Shown piece after piece: positions 19,806-28,652 of a DNA stretch of 64,000 bases. Position 1 is the stretch's first letter; every line of letters starts with the position of its first letter. The notes below the pieces were generated by a model that did not search any database, had not been told where the DNA came from, and was given only the letters and a program-made list of their open reading frames with translations. The DNA comes from an uncultured Candidatus Actinomarina sp. (GTDB lineage: Bacteria > Actinomycetota > Acidimicrobiia > Actinomarinales > Actinomarinaceae), in contig CACFFJ010000003.1 in NCBI GenBank assembly GCA_902565645.1, positions 41,969 through 105,968 of the forward strand. Reading direction: 5' to 3'. The translations under genes and the position numbers were made by a program.

Positions 19806-21440
19806 ATGAAACTTAGTGAAAAAATAATTAGTAATAAATTTGAATATTTTCTTTTCTTATTACTAGCAGTTACAACATTATGGCTAAAAGAAATAAACTT
19901 TCTATTTTATGATACTAATGAAAGTCCAGATTTTGGTAAGTACTTTGTCTATATCAAGCATTTTTTTGATAATAGTTTAACATCACATGAACATGGACTA
20001 ATGTATTACTACTTACATGCATTAAATTACGATATTTTCTATTCTGAGTCAGTTAATACATATCTTGCTCTTCATAAATCAATACAACAAGTAAATTTTT
20101 ATATATATTTATTTGGTCTGTTAGGTTACTTCAATCTATTCCGCTTTTTCAATTTTTCAAGAATCTCTATCTATCTAACTTTCATTTTTATTAATTTTTT
20201 TCCTCCATCAATATCAATGAGGCTTGTTTTTAAACCTGAAATCTTAGCTTTTGCATTAATGCCTTGGGTAATATATTTTATAGAAAAATATTCAAGAGAT
20301 AAAAAAATTAAACACTTAGTTTTCTGTATACCTTTTTTGGTTTCTGCAGTAACACTTAAAGGAAACGTACTTGTAATTCTTATGGTCTACTTGTTTTATA
20401 GCTACTACAAATTAATTTTTAAAATGAAATTAAAAAACTTCTTATTGATTATTTTGTTGTTCTTTTCAACAACATTAATGGTGACTTTAGAAAATAACTC
20501 TGCAAACGGAAAGAATATATTAGACATACAGAGTGGTTCTGCAAATGAAGCTAACTATGATTTTAAAGCTCCCAGTTCTATTATTTTTAAAACAGATCTA
20601 TATGAACTTTTATCTAGTCCAATAAAACACAGCCATGCAGACTCCTTTATTGGAATTACTTTACTTGAAACAACTGGTGATTATTTTGATTTATATTGGG
20701 ATAATGATGCTACAAATTATTTTAAAAACAGAAAAAATTTTATTGAATTTAGGCAATCTAATGAAATCAAGGGTCCCGAATTTAATTCAGAAAACTTTGC
20801 TATAACGATATATCAACAAAGAAAGACTGATGTCTATATTTATGAATCTATTGGCTTAATAATTTCTATATATTTATTTTATTTACTTATAAAAAACACT
20901 CTTCAAAATAAAAAATATAGGAAATTTCTTTTTGCTTCATTTTTAGGAATGGTTATATTGCTATTTCATTCAATTTCAGGAATACCAAGAAATAATTTTG
21001 ATCCTTTGGTAGGTGACACATTTAAACCTTTATATTATTCATTCGTTTTTATATTCAGCTTTGCTTTTTTATTCGTAATACTATTTGAATCAAAAAAAAT
21101 AAAGACTGCTCATGTTTTTATTTATATGTTTCTAGTTGTTTTCTTGCTAGGGTTTCCAAAAGAACAAGATTATGATTTACAAGTAAACTTGGTTAACAAA
21201 ATACAAGATTCTATATATTGTGAAATTGAAAAAAATATATACTTAAGAGGTTCAGATTTTAAGAATATAGATTGTAAAATAGACCAAGGTATATATCCAG
21301 ATAGTCCTGATCCGAAGATAGAATTGTTTAAAAATGACTTAAATCATAAGCCGTTTAATTTAATATTAATTTTTTCTTATGTTTCAATAGCCTTTTACTC
21401 AATCATTAATAAAAGAAAAATTAAATTTTCCTCAACCTGA
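19806..21440 (+). CDS. polytopic membrane protein, function unknown (weak GT-C-like pattern)
   Basis: 544 aa with more than 10 TM segments. An acidic first loop (YDTNESPDFGKYF) and a later FKPEIL are weakly reminiscent of ArnT/PMT-type GT-C enzymes. Confidence 0.5.
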   Translation: MKLSEKIISNKFEYFLFLLLAVTTLWLKEINFLFYDTNESPDFGKYFVYIKHFFDNSLTSHEHGLMYYYLHALNYDIFYSESVNTYLALHKSIQQVNFYIYLFGLLGYFNLFRFFNFSRISIYLTFIFINFFPPSISMRLVFKPEILAFALMPWVIYFIEKYSRDKKIKHLVFCIPFLVSAVTLKGNVLVILMVYLFYSYYKLIFKMKLKNFLLIILLFFSTTLMVTLENNSANGKNILDIQSGSANEANYDFKAPSSIIFKTDLYELLSSPIKHSHADSFIGITLLETTGDYFDLYWDNDATNYFKNRKNFIEFRQSNEIKGPEFNSENFAITIYQQRKTDVYIYESIGLIISIYLFYLLIKNTLQNKKYRKFLFASFLGMVILLFHSISGIPRNNFDPLVGDTFKPLYYSFVFIFSFAFLFVILFESKKIKTAHVFIYMFLVVFLLGFPKEQDYDLQVNLVNKIQDSIYCEIEKNIYLRGSDFKNIDCKIDQGIYPDSPDPKIELFKNDLNHKPFNLILIFSYVSIAFYSIINKRKIKFSST

Positions 21441-23424
21441 ACCTACTGTTTAAAATCAAGATAATAAATGCATAAAAACAAAAAGGTACAAAGTAATTAA
21501 GAGAGTCATTTTTAAACGTATTTATAAATATATAGGTTGTGATCAAAACAAACTCATAATTTTTTCTGTTTTTATATAGAAATAAAAGTAAAGTCAAAAC
21601 TAATAAAACTAATGGCAAAACTCCAAAAAACAATAAGTAAGACAAGAATGATGAGTGTGGTAGCAAGAAAGATTCTGTACAAATAAACTTGGTTGTCAAA
21701 ATACAAAATTCTGTTTTGTTTATAACTACTTCTCCATAAAGTTGACCAAAATTTAAAGGACCAGATCCAAATAAAAATTCCATAAAAGTAGGATTATATC
21801 TACTGAAAAACACTCCCCATATTTCTGATCTATTTAAGAAGTAGGCAATTGTACTAAAGAAACTAAAAAAATATGAATACATAGTAGAATTTTCAAAATT
21901 TTTATTTAGTAACGTAAGATAGCTTGAATAAATGCTATCAAACTGAGAAGCATTTGCCTTATCTATTAATGACTCACTTAAAAATTGATAAGATAAAGTA
22001 AAGTTATTCGAACCTACTACTAATAAAAGCATAGCTATGACTACAAGAGAAATTAAAATATAGCCAATAAAGTTTTTCTTAGTTTGAAATTTGTTATTTA
22101 GAAGAAATAAATAAATTATTATTATGGAAAAAACTAATACAATAACTGTTCTATTGTCAGAGAAATATAGACCTAAAGCAGAAGAAAATATCCCAACTAT
22201 TCTGAAAAAATTTAACTTTTGAGTTTTAACAATATTAAAGAGTAGAAAAATCAAACAAATACCATAGAACTCTCCAATGGTTTCAGCACTAGGAGAAATA
22301 CCCCGCCAAGCTATTTTTAATGAATATTCATCGATTGAAAAAGGATTCTGTATATCAATCCCAAGTCTCTGGAGTCCTAAAAAATAATAATTGAAAAAAT
22401 TTATAATAGGAAAATTTGCACCTATGTAACTAGTTATTAGCAGAGCTGAAGAAGTAATACTTAGATTTTGAGTAAAAGAATCTAAATTGAATTTCTCTTT
22501 TAAATTTATATATATAAATTGAATCCCTTTTAGTAAAAGAAAAAAATAAATAATCCAAAACAAATTAGCATTAAATTCATAAATGCTGCTTGAGAATCCT
22601 CGGAACTTACCTAGGTTAAATGAATAACTCCCAGTTGAATTAAAAATCCACCAAGTTGATAAAGCTAAAAATACTTTATTAAATGTTTTATTAAATACAG
22701 AGTTGTCTTCTTTAGATACTAACGACTGGAAGCCAAAATAAACCAACAGCATTGATAAAAAATTAAGATTAAATCCACTGAATAATGCTGAAACTAAGTA
22801 CAAATAAGGAATGTAGTTTATAATGACATCTGACCTTTCCATAAAGGTCTCAACAAGTATTTTCAGCAACAAAAGAAAGGAAAAGAAAATTGGTATATAT
22901 GAATCAAGATAGTCAAAATCAAACAAGTAAAAGTTTTTTTCATAAAATCTGCTCTCACTATAAATTGAAAAGGTAAACAAATAAGAAACTAAGATTAAAG
23001 TCAGATTATGAAACCTTCTTTCAATCCTTTTATCATCTGGATTTTTATTTTTTGGTATAAAGCTAAATAAAATTATCCAAATGAATCCTTGAAATAATAA
23101 ATTTATAAATGAATTAGTACCTAATGAAATATAGAAAGCTGTTTCGAGGCTTTTTTCCAATACTGTAACTCCAGTTACCCTCCCAAAACATTTTATAGAC
23201 GACTTATTATCAAAACGAAAATAAAAGTGGTCTTGATAAATACTCTCGGAATTAGCTTTTAAAAAGTCAAATAGTGAAGCTTTGCATGGATTTATTTCAT
23301 AAAATGTAACATCTTCTTGGCTAACTTTTGCAGCAGGAACATTATTATCCAGGTGACTATTAAACCATGGTGCTACTAATAACAATACAATAAGAAAAAC
23401 TTTTGTTATCGTTTTTAATTCCAT
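21421..23424 (-). CDS. large polytopic membrane protein, function unknown (possible O-antigen-polymerase-like segment)
   Basis: 667 aa with a signal/anchor, a roughly 90-aa extracytoplasmic segment and many TM helices. LGLYFSDNRTVIVLVFSIII is loosely Wzy_C-like. Confidence 0.5.
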   Translation of the reverse strand: MELKTITKVFLIVLLLVAPWFNSHLDNNVPAAKVSQEDVTFYEINPCKASLFDFLKANSESIYQDHFYFRFDNKSSIKCFGRVTGVTVLEKSLETAFYISLGTNSFINLLFQGFIWIILFSFIPKNKNPDDKRIERRFHNLTLILVSYLFTFSIYSESRFYEKNFYLFDFDYLDSYIPIFFSFLLLLKILVETFMERSDVIINYIPYLYLVSALFSGFNLNFLSMLLVYFGFQSLVSKEDNSVFNKTFNKVFLALSTWWIFNSTGSYSFNLGKFRGFSSSIYEFNANLFWIIYFFLLLKGIQFIYINLKEKFNLDSFTQNLSITSSALLITSYIGANFPIINFFNYYFLGLQRLGIDIQNPFSIDEYSLKIAWRGISPSAETIGEFYGICLIFLLFNIVKTQKLNFFRIVGIFSSALGLYFSDNRTVIVLVFSIIIIYLFLLNNKFQTKKNFIGYILISLVVIAMLLLVVGSNNFTLSYQFLSESLIDKANASQFDSIYSSYLTLLNKNFENSTMYSYFFSFFSTIAYFLNRSEIWGVFFSRYNPTFMEFLFGSGPLNFGQLYGEVVINKTEFCILTTKFICTESFLLPHSSFLSYLLFFGVLPLVLLVLTLLLFLYKNRKNYEFVLITTYIFINTFKNDSLNYFVPFCFYAFIILILNSRFRLRKI

Positions 23425-23729
23425 ATTTTCACAAAAAATTTAAGTTTATTTTTAAAAAAACTAATAAATAATAACAAAATAACAATATAAAAAAGAACAT
23501 CTTGAAAAAATATCTCATTATTTATATCTGGCGAAAAACCCCAGCCTCCTGAAACGTAATGTTCACATTCAGTAAAAGAATTTACAAACACTTTATTTCC
23601 TTCTGAATCAAATAATTGCTTAATTGAATAGTTTGGATCGTTCTCAAAAACATAGTTTGGATCATTAGAAATATCTACCTTAATGAAATTAACTGGATAT
23701 TCACCGCATAATTTAGTAACTAAACTCAT
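23415..23729 (-). CDS. small C-terminally anchored protein, function unknown
   Basis: 104 aa. The soluble N-domain has a duplicated NDPNY motif, followed by one C-terminal TM helix. There is a 10-nt overlap with the downstream membrane protein gene. Confidence 0.45.
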   Translation of the reverse strand: MSLVTKLCGEYPVNFIKVDISNDPNYVFENDPNYSIKQLFDSEGNKVFVNSFTECEHYVSGGWGFSPDINNEIFFQDVLFYIVILLLFISFFKNKLKFFVKIWN

Positions 23730-23792
23730 AAAACCCTCTTATTAAAAAATTCTAATTAATAAAAAACTATATATTAGATTATTAAAATTTTG

Positions 23793-23865
23793 TGGGTCGG
23801 GTGGGAATCGAACCCACGACCTTGAGCTTAAAAGGCTCCTGCTCTACCAATTGAGCTACCGACCC
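23793..23865 (-). tRNA. tRNA-Lys (anticodon UUU)
   Basis: The reverse complement is GGGTCGGTAGCTCAATTGGTAGAGCAGGAGCCTTTTAAGCTCAAGGTCGTGGGTTCGATTCCCACCCGACCCA. The anticodon loop is CTTTTAA and the length is 73 nt. Confidence 0.9.
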
Positions 23866-23918
23866 TATCAATCATTAAAGAATACTAGATAAAAAATATT
23901 TAATTACGAAAATTATAA

Positions 23919-24236
23919 TTATTCTTCTTCAAAATCCTTGGTTTCATTATTTAGGTTTAAAATTTTTGCTCTTGTATCATTAATGGTTTTTGATACTTCT
24001 TCATTAATCTTTTTTATTATTTCTTTTGTTTCATTTTTGATATCTTCATCTTTAATGGTCGAATCAATTAATTTATTTAAACTCTTAAACAATTCAGAGG
24101 TGTTATCTATTGTGCTTCCTAAAGAGCCTTTCAAGTCTCCGACTAAGTCTTCGTCCTTAATTTTACTTTTGATTTTATCGGTAACCTCTGAAATGTCTTC
24201 AGATATATTCTCCCAACTACTGTTTTCATTACTCAT
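23919..24236 (-). CDS. acidic, Lys/Glu/Asp-rich hypothetical protein
   Basis: 105 aa (MSNENSSWENISEDISEVTDKIK...). The composition is hydrophilic and helix-like, and the gene is co-directional with the upstream gene. The overlapping plus-strand ORF 23938..24267 looks like its antisense shadow. Confidence 0.5.
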   Translation of the reverse strand: MSNENSSWENISEDISEVTDKIKSKIKDEDLVGDLKGSLGSTIDNTSELFKSLNKLIDSTIKDEDIKNETKEIIKKINEEVSKTINDTRAKILNLNNETKDFEEE

Positions 24237-24255
24237 ATATGAAATTATAAATTAT

Positions 24256-25098
24256 TTAAATTTTTGATTTATCTTTAAATTTTAAATTTGGATTTTTTGT
24301 TAACCTTTGTTTTGCCCATCTTGCTGGCGCTATTAACTTAAAAAATGGTGGAAGAAATGGTCTTATTATTTTCAACATTTTTAAGTTAAATCCTAAAACT
24401 ATATTTTTTAACTTTGATTGTTTAACTTCGTAAAGAGTTTTAAATTCTTCAGGTAGGGTCTGAAATGCAGTGAAAGCTATAAATGGCCATATTGGTTTAA
24501 TATGTAATGGGACAGGACCTCCTTTTATTATTTCTTCTACATCTTTTGCAACGTCAGTTTTTAATAGGTAATCTTTTTCTCTGGATTTTTTAACTATCCA
24601 CTCTTTAAGTTCTATATGTGTTTGTGGCATTAACTTTCTATCAATAAGTACTAACTCTGCAGCAACCATGTTCTCTTTATGGTATTGGTTTTTCTCTACT
24701 TCAGTAAGTTTTCTAACTGTTTTCTCATAAAAATATATTGAAGAGACTTGCAGGCAAGCATGGACCCATAAAAGCTGTTCTTGGTCTAAAGCGTCATATA
24801 TACCACCAGTTACTTCATCCTTGCCCTTTATTACCTCATGTAATTTATTAATTCTGATTGCACTTTCATCAGCCTCTTTTTTTGTACCAAAAGTAACTGA
24901 ATTTTGTAATGATAAGGTTCTAATTAATCGTTTCCAAGGATCCCTCTGGTAAAAAGATGTTTGCCTTGCTCCAGCAGCTATCAATGGATGAGCAGCGTGC
25001 ATTAATAACGCCCTAGCACCCCCAAAAAGAACTGTTATCTCTTTGTTAACTTCCCACATCATTGATTTTGGACCAAAATATCCTGGATCTCCTTGCAT
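24256..25098 (-). CDS. MpaB/DUF2236-family oxygenase-like protein
   Basis: 280 aa. YFGPKSMMWEVNKEITVLFGGARALLMHAAHPLIAAG...RDPWKRLIRT matches my memory of the DUF2236 N-terminal pattern. Confidence 0.65.
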   Translation of the reverse strand: MQGDPGYFGPKSMMWEVNKEITVLFGGARALLMHAAHPLIAAGARQTSFYQRDPWKRLIRTLSLQNSVTFGTKKEADESAIRINKLHEVIKGKDEVTGGIYDALDQEQLLWVHACLQVSSIYFYEKTVRKLTEVEKNQYHKENMVAAELVLIDRKLMPQTHIELKEWIVKKSREKDYLLKTDVAKDVEEIIKGGPVPLHIKPIWPFIAFTAFQTLPEEFKTLYEVKQSKLKNIVLGFNLKMLKIIRPFLPPFFKLIAPARWAKQRLTKNPNLKFKDKSKI

Positions 25099-25238
25099 AT
25101 ATAAATTTTATCAACCTTTATAGCTATTAATAATTACTTTGGTTCTTAAGAAGCCGTTTCTTTTCTTAAGTTAAATTTTGGGAATATCTATTTCCCTTCA
25201 TTAATATCTTCTTTTTGCTAATCAAGTAATATAGGTAT

Positions 25239-26576
25239 ATGCGGATTAAATTACTTATTTTAGCTCTCTTTGTTGCATTTTGCGGCGGAACATCTTCTGA
25301 AGGAGTAGATGCTGCTCAAGAAACTTCCACTACCGCTGCTCAAGAAACTTCCACTACGGCTGCTCAAGAAACTTCCACTACGGCTGCTCAAGAAACTTCC
25401 ACTACAACAGTTGCTAATATACCTAATATTCCTGCAGTTGATTTTGATATCCAAGAAATTTACAACACGAAATTAGTCGTTGAGCTTTGTGAAGATGCAA
25501 AAGATATTGAAAATACATCAGAAGAGTGTTTGAAACAATATTTAGACAATCTAGAAATAGTATTTGGTTATGCCGAAAGATTAGAAACATATATAAATGA
25601 TCTAGTAAATTATTTCGAAGAATACCCTGACCAAATGACGGAGCAGTATAAAAATTTATTTGATTTTATAAATACTGAGTGGCAAAGCGTTCCTCCTACA
25701 TATGGTACTGTGGCAATGAAATATACTCAAAGATTTGGTGGTGGAAGTATGCCAGGTGGTGGAAGTATGCCAGGTGGTGGAAGTATGCCAGGTGGTGGTT
25801 CCGGTGGATATACAGGAGGAAGTGATGACCCTCCTCAGTTGAAGAATTTATTGATTATGAATTGGGGGCCATACGATTCCTCCACAGCTATTTCTGGAGA
25901 TTTTGAGTTTAGTACAGCTAAGCAATTTATATATTTCGATGAGTTTGGTAGAGTCCATTCAGCTGGAACCCCTAATGCTTATGACAACCCAGCATTTGAA
26001 TATAAGGTGCCTTTAGATACGAAAGTATATATCCCAGCAGACGGTATTGTTGACTATATTCAATGGCAACCTTCTTCAGGATACAAACAAGATGATTGGG
26101 AGCTAACTATTAAACCAAGAGACGGAAGTGACTGGAGATTAGTAATAGACCATATTGTTAGCATTAGTTGTGAAAGAGCAGCTGGAGTTATTTGTGATAA
26201 CCCTATAACTGTGAACGGAGTTGAATTAACAAGTGGAATGACGGTTACAGCAGGAGATCTTCTTGGATATGTTGGAAACTTTGAAGATGGAGATGGAAAC
26301 GTAATTGGTAGAACAGAAATAACAGTTGGAAAATATGTTGCGGGCAGTGGGAGTAGTGGTGGAAATAAGGATTTTAACAACTATTGCCCAATGAATTACC
26401 TTCATGAAAGCGTGAAGTCAACTCTTGAAGCCTCAGTTACAGAGTTGATGGCCTCTTATGAATCATGGAAGGGTGATTCATCTTTTTATGATGAGGCCGA
26501 TATGGTTGCTCCTGGGTGTTGGTATTCAGAAATTTTGGAAGATGGGAATACTGGAAAAACAGTTCCTACTAAGTAA
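25239..26576 (+). CDS. secreted or lipid-anchored repeat protein, function unknown
   Basis: 445 aa with a signal peptide (MRIKLLILALFVAFCGG), 4x AAQETSTT and 3x GGSMPG repeats. The C-terminal beta-rich domain (VYIPADGIV..., VIDHIV..., VTAGDLLGYVG) is only loosely M23/LytM-like. Confidence 0.7.
   Translation: MRIKLLILALFVAFCGGTSSEGVDAAQETSTTAAQETSTTAAQETSTTAAQETSTTTVANIPNIPAVDFDIQEIYNTKLVVELCEDAKDIENTSEECLKQYLDNLEIVFGYAERLETYINDLVNYFEEYPDQMTEQYKNLFDFINTEWQSVPPTYGTVAMKYTQRFGGGSMPGGGSMPGGGSMPGGGSGGYTGGSDDPPQLKNLLIMNWGPYDSSTAISGDFEFSTAKQFIYFDEFGRVHSAGTPNAYDNPAFEYKVPLDTKVYIPADGIVDYIQWQPSSGYKQDDWELTIKPRDGSDWRLVIDHIVSISCERAAGVICDNPITVNGVELTSGMTVTAGDLLGYVGNFEDGDGNVIGRTEITVGKYVAGSGSSGGNKDFNNYCPMNYLHESVKSTLEASVTELMASYESWKGDSSFYDEADMVAPGCWYSEILEDGNTGKTVPTK
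25311..25406 (+). repeat. 4 x 24-bp near-perfect tandem repeat (coding, AAQETSTT)
   Basis: gctgctcaagaaacttccactacN occurs four times head to tail. Only the last base of the unit varies. Confidence 0.95.
25740..25793 (+). repeat. 3 x 18-bp perfect tandem repeat (coding, GGSMPG)
   Basis: ggtggaagtatgccaggt occurs three times head to tail, flanked by further ggt codons. Confidence 0.95.
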
Positions 26577-26639
26577 GCTTATTAAGAAACCATTTCTTTA
26601 CAATTTTTACACAAATATAATTAAATATGAAGTTAATTT

Positions 26640-27758
26640 ATGAAACAAAAATTACTCACATATATTACTTATCAGACTTTCCCTGCTGAAACAGCAAACA
26701 GTTTACAAACAATATCAAACATAAAATACTTTGTAAAAAATGGTTATGCAGTATCCCTGTACTTTCCCCTAAGGGATGAATTGAGCTCTGATAATATAAA
26801 TGAAATTAGTAAATACTACAGTATTGATGAAAAGTTTGAACTTGTTGGGTTAAAACATAATTTGCCATTTGGTAAAATAAAATTTTTTAAACCACTGTGG
26901 TTCCACATAAGTCATTTCTTATGGTCGAAAAAAAGTGTCAAAAATATTTTAAAATCTACAAAAAATGACCAAGTCTATTTCACTAGATCAGATTGGGTAT
27001 TATATTTTTTAGCTAAAAAAAATAAACATGTTATTTTTGAATGTCATCAGATTTCCAAAATAAGAAACTTAATCTTAAAAATTGTTTCTAAGAAAAAAAA
27101 TGTAAAAGTTATTTTTCTTAATGAAAAACTAGAAGAATACTTTACCCACCTTAATTTGAACTCAATTGTGCTACACAGTGGTGTTGATACTGACCTCTTC
27201 TTAGAATCAGATACTTTTAAAAAGGATAAGAAAAAAGTTGTTTTTGTAGGAAATCTATTAAGGTTTGGAAAAACAAGAGGTCTTGATTTTATAATTAATG
27301 CATTTACTGAATATGATAACTTGAAAGATTACACTCTAGAAATTATAGGAGGACCAAAAAAGGAAGCTGAAAAATTAATGCATTCATTACAAGAAAAAAA
27401 TATAAAAAATATTTCTATAACTGGAAGGCTTGATAGGAAAAATACAATTAAAAAAATCCAAGAATCAAGCATTGGTATTTTAATTAATTCCGACAAATCA
27501 ATACATTCAACAGATTTCACTTCACCCCTTAAATATTTTGAATATATATATGGTAATTTATCTGTAGTTGCTGTTGATTTTCCTTCTCATAGAATACTTC
27601 CTCATTCTGAAAGAATTAAATATTTTCCAATAGGAAATTTTGATGAATTTATTAAATCTATTTTAACTTCAAATTTAGAAATAAAAGAAATTGACTTAAC
27701 CAATATATCATTGGATTATCGAGTAAAGGAAATTATAAAATTTATAGAAAATAGTTAG
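26640..27758 (+). CDS. putative glycosyltransferase (GT-B, family 4-like)
   Basis: 372 aa. It has GT4-like architecture, with VVFVGNLLRFGKTRG and a C-terminal TSPLKYFEYIYGNLSVVAVDFPSH, but it is divergent. Confidence 0.6.
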   Translation: MKQKLLTYITYQTFPAETANSLQTISNIKYFVKNGYAVSLYFPLRDELSSDNINEISKYYSIDEKFELVGLKHNLPFGKIKFFKPLWFHISHFLWSKKSVKNILKSTKNDQVYFTRSDWVLYFLAKKNKHVIFECHQISKIRNLILKIVSKKKNVKVIFLNEKLEEYFTHLNLNSIVLHSGVDTDLFLESDTFKKDKKKVVFVGNLLRFGKTRGLDFIINAFTEYDNLKDYTLEIIGGPKKEAEKLMHSLQEKNIKNISITGRLDRKNTIKKIQESSIGILINSDKSIHSTDFTSPLKYFEYIYGNLSVVAVDFPSHRILPHSERIKYFPIGNFDEFIKSILTSNLEIKEIDLTNISLDYRVKEIIKFIENS

Positions 27759-27832
27759 CACGCCCGGAGGGATTCGAACCCCCAACCCTCTGATCCGAAG
27801 TCAGATGCTCTATCCAATTGAGCTACGGACGC
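27759..27832 (-). tRNA. tRNA-Arg (anticodon UCG)
   Basis: The reverse complement is GCGTCCGTAGCTCAATTGGATAGAGCATCTGACTTCGGATCAGAGGGTTGGGGGTTCGAATCCCTCCGGGCGTG. The anticodon loop is CTTCGGA. The acceptor stem has two G-U pairs. The 3' end abuts the stop codon of the convergent CDS. Confidence 0.85.
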
Positions 27833-27896
27833 TTGTATTATTACTTTAAAATAAAAGGTTAAATTTAAACTAATTATTTATATAATAGTTTCATTA

Positions 27897-28637
27897 ATGG
27901 ATAGTGTATTAATATTAAATACCGAAGTAAGCGTCACTTCAGTGGATGCTGTTGCTAAATTACTTCAAAAAAAAGATTCAAAAACAATTGCAATTTGTAA
28001 TGCAAATACTTTAGTTAGATCGTATAAAGATACAGATTTACAAAAAAAAATTAACTCACTCGATATTAGAACGCCTGATGGTTTCCCTGTAGCAAAAGCG
28101 TCAAAATACTTATATAAGAACAACCAAGAAAGAGTTGATGGGTATAATGTCTTTCACGAAACTATAAAAAAAGGGTTGAAAAATAACAAAAGTCATTATT
28201 TTTTTGGTAGTGATGAAGAAACTATTAAAAAATTAAAGAAAAACTTAGTTCATTTATACCCAGAAATTAATATTTCAGGATACATGTGTCCACCTATTTT
28301 GAGTTACAAACAATTAACAGACGATCAGTGGATTGATGACTTAAAAAATAAAGATCCAGATATTGTTTGGGTCTCATTAGGATTCCCTAAACAAGAAGAG
28401 TTTATAGAGTTGATAGCTAAAAGAGTTGAAATTAAATCAAATTTTATTGGAATCGGTGGTGTTTTTAGCTGGGTAGCAGGATCAATAATTAAAGCACCAG
28501 AAATATTAGCTAATATCGGGCTTGAATGGGTTTTTAGATTAATGCAGGAGCCAAGAAGATTATTTAAAAGATATTTAGTAGACAATTTTCTATTTATAAT
28601 TTACATCATAAAACAAATAATTAAAACTAAGAGATAA
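27897..28637 (+). CDS. tagA: WecB/TagA/CpsF-family glycosyltransferase (GT26)
   Basis: 246 aa with TPDGFPV, WVSLGFPKQEEFI and GLEWVFRLMQEPRRLFKRY. Confidence 0.85.
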   Translation: MDSVLILNTEVSVTSVDAVAKLLQKKDSKTIAICNANTLVRSYKDTDLQKKINSLDIRTPDGFPVAKASKYLYKNNQERVDGYNVFHETIKKGLKNNKSHYFFGSDEETIKKLKKNLVHLYPEINISGYMCPPILSYKQLTDDQWIDDLKNKDPDIVWVSLGFPKQEEFIELIAKRVEIKSNFIGIGGVFSWVAGSIIKAPEILANIGLEWVFRLMQEPRRLFKRYLVDNFLFIIYIIKQIIKTKR

Positions 28638-28652
28638 TTAAAAGCAGAATTA

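Noticed and set aside
23938-24267. 109-aa plus-strand ORF overlapping the acidic protein gene 23919..24236.
   Set aside because: Its Ser/Leu/Phe-rich sequence is what the antisense of a Lys/Glu/Asp-rich gene produces. The minus-strand ORF is co-directional with its neighbours. The choice remains only moderately confident.
25145-25170. Inverted repeat CTTAAGAA-N10-TTCTTAAG in the spacer between the MpaB-like gene and the secreted repeat protein.
   Set aside because: It has an AT-rich 8-bp stem with a long loop in an AT-rich spacer and no supporting context. This could easily be chance.
25311-25406. Regularly spaced 24-bp repeats that might suggest a CRISPR array.
   Set aside because: The repeats are directly adjacent with no spacers, are in frame within a signal-peptide-bearing ORF, and no cas genes are present. 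This is a coding tandem repeat.
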